The notes below the pieces were generated by a model. The model saw only the letters and a program-made list of their open reading frames with translations. It was not told the DNA's origin and ran no database searches. This document shows, one piece after another, positions 10,702 through 18,460 of a stretch of 64,000 nt of DNA. Each line of letters starts with the position of its first letter. Position 1 is the stretch's first letter. The stretch is taken from NCBI GenBank assembly GCA_030700125.1, contig JAUYKE010000021.1, forward strand, positions 2,492 through 66,491, written 5' to 3'. Made by a program: the position numbers and the translations under genes. Origin of the DNA: Candidatus Colwellbacteria bacterium (lineage in GTDB: Bacteria > Patescibacteriota > Minisyncoccia > UBA6257 > Colwellbacteraceae).

Positions 10702-11112
10702 ATGAAACATTCTATCCAGTCACTTTTCATTATTCTCCTAGCTTTGTTCGCATTCGGATTTCTAAATCCGGCTCTTAGTCCTGCCCAGGCTCAAGTAGGC
10801 GGCGGGAATCCTAACGGATTAGTTATCGAAAATCCCCTCAACTTCGGCACCATCCCAGAGATCCTTAATGCCGTTGCGGGATTTCTCTACGTAACTGCCC
10901 TTGCCGTAGTAACCGTTATGGTTCTTTGGGGAGGTTTCCAGATTCTTACTGCCGCCGGCAGTCCGGAAAGGATTGATAAAGGCAAGAAGACGCTTTTATA
11001 TGCTGTCATCGGGACAGTAGTTATCATCATCGCTGGCGGGATGGCCGATCTTACCGCTAATATTCTCGGAGGGGGAACCCAGCCGGGTCCTCCTGCTGGC
11101 TCACTACCATAG
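10702..11112 (+). CDS. small secreted two-TM protein, T4SS-pilin-like, paralog 2
   Basis: Signal peptide (…LNPALSPAQA/QV), then LWGGFQILTAAGSPERIDKGKKTLLYAVIGTVVIII motif shared with neighbours. Confidence 0.5.
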   Translation: MKHSIQSLFIILLALFAFGFLNPALSPAQAQVGGGNPNGLVIENPLNFGTIPEILNAVAGFLYVTALAVVTVMVLWGGFQILTAAGSPERIDKGKKTLLYAVIGTVVIIIAGGMADLTANILGGGTQPGPPAGSLP

Positions 11113-11182
11113 CCGTTCGCTCTCCACAAGGACTTTATGCTATCATTAGGGAAACCCAAAAGGTCGGAAGCTAAGATCGTGT

Positions 11183-11542
11183 TTGATGAGCAAGTTCAAC
11201 TTACAGAAACTGACAACGAAAATTAACTCCGCCTACGTTGGTGCTGTCCTTGTCCAACCAGCAAGAGCACTAGGAGAACCAACAGCACCCATTAAGACTG
11301 CTCAAGGGGTTGTAGACGCAATTAACCAAGTAGCCAATTTCTTATTTGCAGTCTTCCTTGCTTTGGCCGTTATCTTCTTGATTGTAGCGGCACTTTTTTA
11401 TCTGACTGCAGCAGGCAATCAGACCCAGCTTGATAAGGCAAAGAATACTTTAATTTATTCCATCGTCGCCATTGTAATCGCCTTGATTGCGGGCGGATTA
11501 ACAGCCTTTATCGGCGATATTTTAGGAACAAGAGCCTTGTAA
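11183..11542 (+). CDS. small two-TM protein, T4SS-pilin-like, paralog 3
   Basis: LFYLTAAGNQTQLDKAKNTLIYSIVAIVIALIAGG motif shared with the two upstream genes. Confidence 0.5.
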   Translation: MMSKFNLQKLTTKINSAYVGAVLVQPARALGEPTAPIKTAQGVVDAINQVANFLFAVFLALAVIFLIVAALFYLTAAGNQTQLDKAKNTLIYSIVAIVIALIAGGLTAFIGDILGTRAL

Positions 11543-11561
11543 TTATACTTGGATACTAGGA

Positions 11562-11602
11562 GGCCCCGGACACGCTTGTACGCGCCGGGGCCTTTCGTTT
11601 TT
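11562..11602. terminator. rho-independent terminator (GGCCCCGG...CCGGGGCC + TTTCGTTTTT), bidirectional between pilin-like operon and convergent GC-rich gene
   Basis: Hairpin plus T-run seen directly. Confidence 0.7.
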
Positions 11603-11624
11603 CATCACCTCCTTTCTAGCTGGT

Positions 11625-12536
11625 CTAGCTGGTCGTGACGGTGGCATCCTCCGCCCCTTGATTGTTGCGAAGACGGAAGATGCCGCGCTTGGTGCCAACG
11701 TACTGCGGCGCTCCCTGCTTGAAGACAAGCGCCGTCCCGTCCCAGAACTCGATTCCGGCCGTCGACCCAAGGGGGTCGAGGTCAACCCGATAGCTCGACC
11801 CTGGCGGGGTTGTGACCCATCCGGTCCAACACCCGCTCTGGAGCTGAACTGTGATCTGCGTCACTCCCTCGCCGAAGTTGTAGGAATCAGGCTCGCCGGG
11901 ACAGACATTGACGTCTATCCCTTTGACCTCCGCCGGCGCCGCCTTCGCGTTCTCGGTTTGCCAGTTCTGGTACCACGGCTCCTTGGAAAAGAAGTGGAGC
12001 GTGAGACCTACGAGAACGATGACGGGAAGCCAGAAAAAGATGATTCTCCAGCCCTTTGATAGACCCAAAGAGAAGAGCATGAGTGCAGCCAGGATCGGGA
12101 TCCCAAGGACAAGTCCCCTGTTGTTCTCGACCGGGACGAAGAAGAAGTACGCCCCGATGGCGATCTCCGTGAGGAGGATGATCCTCAATCCTCGCAATCC
12201 GCTCGCGATGAGGTTCCGGATATCGCCCAGCTTATTGACTGTCGCGATGCCGCCACCGACCACCAGCCCTCCAGCCAGGTAATCCTGGTAGCGAGGTTGG
12301 GTGATCGCCCAGATCACCCAACCGAGGGCGGCAAAGGCTGCGAAGATCACGAGCCCGGTAAGCGCGTGAATCCCCGTCAGGGCCGCCAATGTGAGGGCAA
12401 TTGGTAGCCCGACGATGACCACCGCCGTGTAGCGGATCGCCAGCCGGGCCCATCTGCCACCATGTTCCCATCCGAGCCGGAGGAAGCTAATGGCGTTCCG
12501 AAGCTCTTCGAATAGCCACTGTCCTATAGTTCTCAT
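11625..12536 (-). CDS. hypothetical polytopic membrane protein with Cys-containing C-terminal extracytoplasmic domain (GC-rich island)
   Basis: 303 aa, ~6 TM helices; GC-rich codon usage distinct from flanking genes. Confidence 0.5.
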   Translation of the reverse strand: MRTIGQWLFEELRNAISFLRLGWEHGGRWARLAIRYTAVVIVGLPIALTLAALTGIHALTGLVIFAAFAALGWVIWAITQPRYQDYLAGGLVVGGGIATVNKLGDIRNLIASGLRGLRIILLTEIAIGAYFFFVPVENNRGLVLGIPILAALMLFSLGLSKGWRIIFFWLPVIVLVGLTLHFFSKEPWYQNWQTENAKAAPAEVKGIDVNVCPGEPDSYNFGEGVTQITVQLQSGCWTGWVTTPPGSSYRVDLDPLGSTAGIEFWDGTALVFKQGAPQYVGTKRGIFRLRNNQGAEDATVTTS

Positions 12537-13213
12537 CGCATCCTCCTTTCTCGGAGCTCAGTGAGTCGCCGCTCCCGTTCCTCACGGGATTCCTGGAGTC
12601 GCTGTGCCGACTCGGTAGCCTTCGCGTCGAGTTTCCGAAGCAGCCCAGACTTCCGCTTGGTACCATGGAGTCGCTTTTTCGCACCGTTCTTGAGTCCTTG
12701 CCAGTCGGTCGGCCGACGAGGAGACTTCGGCGGTTTCATGGAATCGCTTAGCTCTTTAAGGAACCTTCGCGTTTCCATGCTCTCCTGCCACTCAGCCTTG
12801 AGCCGCTCGCGCTCAGCATCCTTGTCAGCCGCATTGCGGAGTCGCTCCGCCGCATCTTTGACAAACCGCTCCCCCTCCGTTTTCATGTAGTTCTCATAGA
12901 GGACGGTCCCCGGATCCTTCTTCTTCCGGAAATAGACAGTGCCGAAAATATCGCTAGCATCGCTAGCTATTGCCTCGACACTTGTACCTAGCCATCCTCC
13001 CCGAACTTCGGCTTTCTTCTCAGCCTCGTTGATAACGACAGTGAAAACACGTTCAGCTAGTCCCCCCCGCGACCAGTGGTCGTCCGGGTAACGAGCGGCA
13101 AGCCATTCTGCTCCCCGCTCGATATTCATTCTCATCTCTGGACGTACGGCACTGATGAACCCTCGTAGCGCTCTCGCGCCACCATCCTTTTTGTTTTCTT
13201 TCTCGTCTGGCAT
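12533..13213 (-). CDS. hypothetical protein with highly charged K/R/E-rich C-terminal coiled-coil tail (GC-rich island)
   Basis: 226 aa; 4-nt overlap (ATGA) with downstream membrane-protein gene implies operon. Confidence 0.5.
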   Translation of the reverse strand: MPDEKENKKDGGARALRGFISAVRPEMRMNIERGAEWLAARYPDDHWSRGGLAERVFTVVINEAEKKAEVRGGWLGTSVEAIASDASDIFGTVYFRKKKDPGTVLYENYMKTEGERFVKDAAERLRNAADKDAERERLKAEWQESMETRRFLKELSDSMKPPKSPRRPTDWQGLKNGAKKRLHGTKRKSGLLRKLDAKATESAQRLQESREERERRLTELRERRMR

Positions 13214-13226
13214 CTTAGTTCCCTTT

Positions 13227-13595
13227 CTACTCCGATTCCTCTTCGTCTGATTCTACAGCGGCATTTTCCATCTGGATTTCCACCAGACTGTCTATCTCCC
13301 AGCGAATCTCAGGACAGACATTGCCGCAGACCATGCAGACACCCAGCGTCACAAGCGATCCTTCAGGATCAATTGTGAATTCGGGCATCCAGAGAACAGA
13401 GTGGGTCCCTCGCTCCTCGCACTTAGCGCAAAGAGTTGAGAGAATTGTCCATTCGGGACGAGCCATCTCCCTCTCCTTTCGTCCGTCGTAAGTATTACAG
13501 AGGTGATATTGTTGATTGTTTTTAAAGACCCCCTGCCCATTGCTGGACAGCCTCTCGAGCACAAGGCTCAAGACACCCATTTCTACCATATCCAA
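13227..13595 (-). CDS. hypothetical Cys-rich protein (CxxC…CxxC zinc-ribbon-like) with acidic C-terminus (GC-rich island)
   Basis: 122 aa; CAKCEERG … CMVCGNVC motifs. Confidence 0.45.
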   Translation of the reverse strand: MDMVEMGVLSLVLERLSSNGQGVFKNNQQYHLCNTYDGRKEREMARPEWTILSTLCAKCEERGTHSVLWMPEFTIDPEGSLVTLGVCMVCGNVCPEIRWEIDSLVEIQMENAAVESDEEESE

Positions 13596-13601
13596 ACTTA
13601 T

Positions 13602-13631
13602 TTGTCAATGATTTAAAATTTGATGTATAAT
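13602..13631 (+). promoter_or_regulatory. sigma-70-like promoter (TTGTCA-18nt-TATAAT) driving leader + tRNA-Leu
   Basis: Consensus hexamers seen directly upstream of structured leader. Confidence 0.5.
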
Positions 13632-13653
13632 ATCGACACTGGGCAGGTGGCGA

Positions 13654-13708
13654 AATGGTATACCCCAGTAGTAGTCCGCCGGAGGCGGACACTACGGGGC
13701 AGGCGCGC
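13654..13708 (+). ncRNA. conserved structured leader element, copy A (AAUGGUAUA-CCCC(A)GUAG-UAG-hairpin-CA-CUACGGGG-CAGGCGCGC), directly 5' of tRNA-Leu
   Basis: Closing helix CCCC-A-GUAG/CUACGGGG plus inner hairpin UCCGCC-GGA-GGCGGA; two related copies elsewhere in window. Confidence 0.45.
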
Positions 13709-13712
13709 AATT

Positions 13713-13794
13713 GCCCCCGTGGCGGAACTGGTAGACGCGCATGGTTTAGGACCATGTCTCGAAAGAGGTAGGGGTTCAAATCCTCTCGGGGGCA
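13713..13794 (+). tRNA. tRNA-Leu (anticodon TAG), long variable arm, no encoded CCA
   Basis: GCCCCCG-TG-GCGGAACTGGTAGACGC-...CATGG-TTTAGGA-CCATG-variable arm-GGGGTTCAAATCCTC-TCGGGGGC-A. Confidence 0.85.
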
Positions 13795-13816
13795 CAAAAA
13801 TTTTATCAAAAAGAAA

Positions 13817-13849
13817 ACCCCACCAGTCCGGGACGGACTGGCGGGGCGC
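13817..13849 (-). terminator. hairpin (CCAGTCCG-GGA-CGGACTGG, extended) followed on the minus strand by T-runs; terminator for the metallophosphoesterase gene
   Basis: Seen directly. Confidence 0.5.
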
Positions 13850-15219
13850 TAGAAGTGACAAGAACTTTCACGGAGCTCACCCGGCCCGTCAAAGAGCATG
13901 AGGCAGGCCGAGGCGAATGTCTTTGTCTTCGCCTCGAATTCAACGAGGGCAAATCCGTAAAGCTGCTCTACCGCGTGAACGAAACCGCCGGCACCGCTCG
14001 TTCCCGGTGAGACAGAAATCACCGTACCGGATCTTTCAAAGAACTGACGGTGATCATGCCCCGAGACAAAAACGAGCGGCAACTCGATTTCCTCCGCGTA
14101 GCGTGCCGCACATTCACCGACCTCGGGATTGTGGACGAGGATAATCAGTGCATCTGTTTTCGCAAACTCCCTCTCGAGCTTGCGGCAGATTTCCGAAAAC
14201 GACATTTCTGCCAGTTTCGGATCCCGGTCGTCAATGCCTCCAAGCGGATCGCTCTCGCCGATGATTCTTATGCCGCGAATTTCGGTAAGAGCGCCGTTCT
14301 CGAGCAGGCGGATGTTGGACGCCTCCTTCACTCTCTGGATAGCCGCTTCGTCCTCGTGATTTCCGGCGACAAGGATGTAGGGTATCCCATTGTCGCTACT
14401 CCGGACGAAGAAATCGGCTTCCATTGCTGTTCCTCGATCGGTGAAGTCACCGGCATCGAGAACAGCATCTACCTTGAAGCTCTTCGCTAACTCGCGCGCC
14501 ATCGCCATCCCCAGCGGGTTATTGTGGAGGTCTGAAACGAGCAGGAACTTGACGGTTGGAGGTGTTGGCACCTCTGCCCCGGTTGTTACCTGTTCGTGGA
14601 GACGCACAAGCCCGGCGATCACTTCGTTGAAGGTAAGCTGCGCCTTATCCCAGTCTTCTTGGATTTCCGTCACTAGCCGGAAAATCCGCGGGGCATCTTG
14701 AATCGGCCCCCTATAGGACGGGTTGCGAAGCGATTGAGGGTTAAAGGTGAGGGCGGCTACAGTTCCGAGGATTGTCACAACGACAAAAGTCGAAACGATA
14801 GAGAGGGCGGCTCCGATAATCCGCCTCCGTGGCGGACCATTAATGGCGACTACTCCGAAGAGGCCGCCAAAGAGCAGAAGCCAGAGCAACTTAGCCCAGA
14901 TTAGCTTCCACGTCAGACCGCCGAAATCCTCCGGTTGGGGCAGAGTCTCGGCGCTATCTCCGACAACAAACACCGCCTCGACGTTCAAGGGGCCATAGTG
15001 GGTTCCCCAGGATAGCTCACCGAGCGGACCGAGACCGAGCTTGAGCTCGCCTCCGGGGATGGCTGGTGCCAGCCGTAATGAGAGCTTGCCCGTTTCAAGA
15101 TGAAACACCGTCGGGCTTACGAGCTCCACGCTGACGAAAACCAAAAAAGCCACCAGCACGATTCGAATGATTGCCGATTTCACATTCACCTCCTTCCTGT
15201 CAAAGGGCTTAATTACCAT
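13849..15219 (-). CDS. membrane-anchored calcineurin-like metallophosphoesterase (GC-rich island)
   Basis: N-terminal TM segments then LLVSDLHNN, GDFTDRG, VAGNHED, GHDHRQ metallophosphoesterase motifs. Confidence 0.75.
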   Translation of the reverse strand: MVIKPFDRKEVNVKSAIIRIVLVAFLVFVSVELVSPTVFHLETGKLSLRLAPAIPGGELKLGLGPLGELSWGTHYGPLNVEAVFVVGDSAETLPQPEDFGGLTWKLIWAKLLWLLLFGGLFGVVAINGPPRRRIIGAALSIVSTFVVVTILGTVAALTFNPQSLRNPSYRGPIQDAPRIFRLVTEIQEDWDKAQLTFNEVIAGLVRLHEQVTTGAEVPTPPTVKFLLVSDLHNNPLGMAMARELAKSFKVDAVLDAGDFTDRGTAMEADFFVRSSDNGIPYILVAGNHEDEAAIQRVKEASNIRLLENGALTEIRGIRIIGESDPLGGIDDRDPKLAEMSFSEICRKLEREFAKTDALIILVHNPEVGECAARYAEEIELPLVFVSGHDHRQFFERSGTVISVSPGTSGAGGFVHAVEQLYGFALVEFEAKTKTFASACLMLFDGPGELRESSCHF

Positions 15220-15295
15220 GCGGTAATAACTGCCAGGATGCTATTTTGTGCCTTCCACGTCAAGCCATTCCCTCCTCCGGCACAATTTCAAACCT

Positions 15296-15324
15296 TTGAC
15301 AAAAAAATTAAAAGTTGGTATCAT
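15296..15324 (+). promoter_or_regulatory. sigma-70-like promoter (TTGACA-17nt-TATCAT) for rpsO
   Basis: Seen directly 11 nt upstream of rpsO ATG region. Confidence 0.5.
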
Positions 15325-15334
15325 TAAAGTCCGT

Positions 15335-15610
15335 ATGATCACTCCAAAAAAGAAAAAGGAAATTATCAATGAATTCGGAATTCACGAGACAGACACCGGC
15401 TCAGCCCAAGTTCAGGTCGCTGTAAACACTCGTCGGATTAAGGAGCTCGTATCTCACCTAAAAAAACACCCCAAAGACAAACACTCTCGCAGAGGTCTTT
15501 TAGCTATGGTCAACCAGAGGAGAAAATTTTTAAATTATCTTTTTAGCACCTCGCCCAGAAGCTATAACGCCATTATTAAAAAGCTGGGACTTAAAAAGAG
15601 AACGTCTTAG
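15335..15610 (+). CDS. rpsO: 30S ribosomal protein S15
   Basis: …GSAQVQVAVNTRRIKELVSHLKKHPKDKHSRRGLLAMVNQRRKFLNYL matches S15; start at internal Met (MITPKKKKE) rather than the longer ORF. Confidence 0.9.
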   Translation: MITPKKKKEIINEFGIHETDTGSAQVQVAVNTRRIKELVSHLKKHPKDKHSRRGLLAMVNQRRKFLNYLFSTSPRSYNAIIKKLGLKKRTS

Positions 15611-15619
15611 CCCAGAGAA

Positions 15620-16225
15620 ATGTCACTTATTCCCAATAAGGAACAACGAGTCGGGATTTTCATTGATATTCAGAATCTCTACCACTCGGCTAAAAACCTC
15701 TATGGCGGCCGCGTCAACTATAATGAGCTTATCAAACAGCTTATCGACGGTCGCCGATTGGTAAGAGCCCTCGCTTATGTGGTAAAAAGCACTCCTGAAA
15801 CCGGCGAGGAAAGCTTTTTCGACGCCCTAGAGAAGTCCGGTATTGAACTCCGAAGCAAAGAAATTCAGGTTTTCTCAAGTGGCGTGAAGAAAGCCGATTG
15901 GGACGTTGGGATTGCCGTCGACGCCATCAGAATGGCCGACATGCTGGACGTTGTAATTCTTGTTTCCGGTGACGGCGATTTCCTCCCTCTGGTAAATTAC
16001 CTCCAGTGGGGATTAGGAAAAGGAGTGGAGGTGGCCGCTTTTGGCCGCACTTCCTCTTCCCGCCTTAGAGAATCGGCCGATCGGTTTCTTGACTTGGATA
16101 GCGCCCCTCGCATGGTGTTCAAAACAACTAGGAAAACGAATTTAAACTCAGGCATAGTAAGACCGACCCGAAAAATCCGCATTCCGCGCGCCGCCGAAGG
16201 CGGGCCTCGCCAAAGGCAGGAATAA
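15620..16225 (+). CDS. NYN-domain (LabA-like, PIN-fold) protein
   Basis: GIFIDIQNLYHS…VILVSGDGDFLPLV pattern typical of NYN/LabA. Confidence 0.65.
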   Translation: MSLIPNKEQRVGIFIDIQNLYHSAKNLYGGRVNYNELIKQLIDGRRLVRALAYVVKSTPETGEESFFDALEKSGIELRSKEIQVFSSGVKKADWDVGIAVDAIRMADMLDVVILVSGDGDFLPLVNYLQWGLGKGVEVAAFGRTSSSRLRESADRFLDLDSAPRMVFKTTRKTNLNSGIVRPTRKIRIPRAAEGGPRQRQE

Positions 16226-16295
16226 CCCGCAGTTGCTTTTGGATAACTCCGATACGGTCGGTTATTAGGGTTGTCATTAAGAATATTTAGAAGAA

Positions 16296-18404
16296 ATGGA
16301 TTTAAAAAGAAAAAAATTTACTAAGAAAATAGCTGATCAAGATCTTACTCTTGAGATTTCCCCATTAGCGGAGAGAACCAACGCGGCAGTACTCGCCACT
16401 TATGGCGAAACATCAGTGCTCGTAACCGCCGTTATGGAGCCGAAAGATCGAGAGATTAATTACCTGCCGCTCGCCGTTGATTACGAAGAAAAATTCTACG
16501 CCGCCGGAAAAATCTTGGGCAGTCGCTTTATTCGGCGGGAAGGGAGGCCATCGGATGAAGCCATTTTATCCGGCCGGGTGATTGACCGGACGATTAGGCC
16601 CCTTTTTGACCATCGGATTAGGCGACCTCTCCAAATAGTGGTAACCGTTCTTTCCTATGACGAAGAAAACGATCCGGTTTTTCCGGCGCTTATCGCCGCC
16701 TCCACCGCACTGGGCATTTCAGATATTCCTTGGAATGGCCCGGTTGCGGGTGTAGGAGCGGCTAAAGTTGGTGATCAAATCATTCTTAATGCGAGGAATA
16801 GCGACCTAAGGAACGGCGGCTTGGAGTTTGACGCTTTTATTGCCGGCACGGATAGCGCCATTAACATGATCGAGCTTGCCGGGGACTCTGCCCAAGAAGC
16901 GAATGTTGTGGAAGCCGCCGGCAAGGCTCTCGCTAGCATCAACGAATTAGTTTCTTGGCAGAACGAAATTATTAGAGAGATTGGCCAGCCCAAAGCAGAA
17001 TTGAAACTTAAAGAGCCGAAAGCGGAACTCGTAGAAGCGGTAAAATCATTTTTGCGAGATAAGCTCGAGGCCGCGGTTTACGTAAAAGGAGATGGGCATT
17101 ACTCCGAAGCATTAAATAAAGTCAAAGCTGATCTAATCGACCACCTGCAATCATTGAACCTCGGCAATGAAGATCTAGAGGATGCTGATTCGCTTTTTGA
17201 GGATGAATTAGAAGAATTGGTCTCGCGGAATGTTCTTGACTCCGGCCGACGCCCCGACGGGCGGAAACCGAATGAAGTTCGACTTCTCCACTCCGAAGTG
17301 GCGCTTTTCCCGCGAGTCCACGGTTCGGCCCTTTTTATTCGGGGAAATACCCAGGCTTTGGCTATGAGCACCTTAGGAGCGCCCGGCGCCGAGCAATTAA
17401 TTGAAACAATGGAGCTCTCCGGTAAAAAAAGATTCTTGCTCCACTACAATTTCCCTCCATATTCAGTTGGAGAAGCAAGATCTTTCCGAGGGCCGGGAAG
17501 AAGAGACATCGGCCACGGAGCACTCGCGGAAAAAGCCATCCTTCCCCTTATTCCCACGGCAGATAAGTTTCCTTATACGGTGCGGGTTGTCTCAGAAATT
17601 TTATCCTCTAATGGTTCCTCCTCAATGGCTACCGTTTCAGCGGTGAGTTTAAGCTTGATGGACGCCGGCGTGCCGATTAGAGAACCGGCGGCTGGCATTG
17701 CTATCGGACTGATCACTGCCGCTGACGGCCGCTATAAATTACTGACTGATATTCAAGGCCCCGAAGACCACCACGGTGATATGGATCTCAAGGCCGCTGG
17801 TACAAAGAACGGTATTAACGCCATTCAAATGGATGTGAAGATTAACGGCATTACTTTAGAGATATTAAAAGGAGCGCTTGATGAGGCGAAGAGTGCCCGG
17901 CTTCATATTTTGGACCATATGGGTCAAGTCCTCCCCAAGCCAAGAGCCGAACTATCTAAATACGCTCCTAAGATTATTACTTTCAGCATTGACCCGACTC
18001 GTATCGGCGAGGTTATCGGTCCGGGCGGAAAAATAATTAATGGCATCATCGCGAGAACCGGAATCAAGTCAATTGACATTGACGACAACGGCCAGGTGTT
18101 CGTCTCCGGTCACGATATGGAACTTGTTAATCAGGCCGTTTCAGAGATTAAAGCCATAGTAAAAGAGTTTGAAGTGGGCGAAATAGTTAAAGGAAAAGTA
18201 TTTAAAGTTTTCGACTTCGGGGCATTGGTGGACATCGGTGGAGGCAAAAGCGGTCTAATCCACGTTTCCGAACTGAAAAACGAATTCGTCAAAGAAGTAA
18301 CTGACGTAGTGAAGATCGGCGACTCTGTCACCGCCAAGGTAATTAAGATAGAGAACGGAAGAGTGGATCTTTCCCTCAAGCGAATGGAATCTACCCAATC
18401 TTAA
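16296..18404 (+). CDS. pnp: polynucleotide phosphorylase
   Basis: Two RNase PH domains, KH and C-terminal S1 domain; 702 aa; downstream of rpsO. Confidence 0.95.
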   Translation: MDLKRKKFTKKIADQDLTLEISPLAERTNAAVLATYGETSVLVTAVMEPKDREINYLPLAVDYEEKFYAAGKILGSRFIRREGRPSDEAILSGRVIDRTIRPLFDHRIRRPLQIVVTVLSYDEENDPVFPALIAASTALGISDIPWNGPVAGVGAAKVGDQIILNARNSDLRNGGLEFDAFIAGTDSAINMIELAGDSAQEANVVEAAGKALASINELVSWQNEIIREIGQPKAELKLKEPKAELVEAVKSFLRDKLEAAVYVKGDGHYSEALNKVKADLIDHLQSLNLGNEDLEDADSLFEDELEELVSRNVLDSGRRPDGRKPNEVRLLHSEVALFPRVHGSALFIRGNTQALAMSTLGAPGAEQLIETMELSGKKRFLLHYNFPPYSVGEARSFRGPGRRDIGHGALAEKAILPLIPTADKFPYTVRVVSEILSSNGSSSMATVSAVSLSLMDAGVPIREPAAGIAIGLITAADGRYKLLTDIQGPEDHHGDMDLKAAGTKNGINAIQMDVKINGITLEILKGALDEAKSARLHILDHMGQVLPKPRAELSKYAPKIITFSIDPTRIGEVIGPGGKIINGIIARTGIKSIDIDDNGQVFVSGHDMELVNQAVSEIKAIVKEFEVGEIVKGKVFKVFDFGALVDIGGGKSGLIHVSELKNEFVKEVTDVVKIGDSVTAKVIKIENGRVDLSLKRMESTQS

Positions 18405-18460
18405 AAAAGAAGACGCCCTCGTTTTGCTCTTCGGGGTTTGTCATTTGGTGCTTGTGATTT

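Noticed and set aside
12232-12890. ORFs 12232..12471 (-), 12487..12684 (-) and 12561..12890 (+) in the GC-rich island
   Set aside because: High GC reduces stop-codon frequency, so long alternative frames are expected. They overlap the better-supported 11625..12536 and 12533..13213 genes.
13620-13712. Possible second tRNA upstream of tRNA-Leu (GGCGAAATGGTATACC looks D-arm-like)
   Set aside because: No acceptor or anticodon stems can be formed. Better explained as the structured leader (element copy A).
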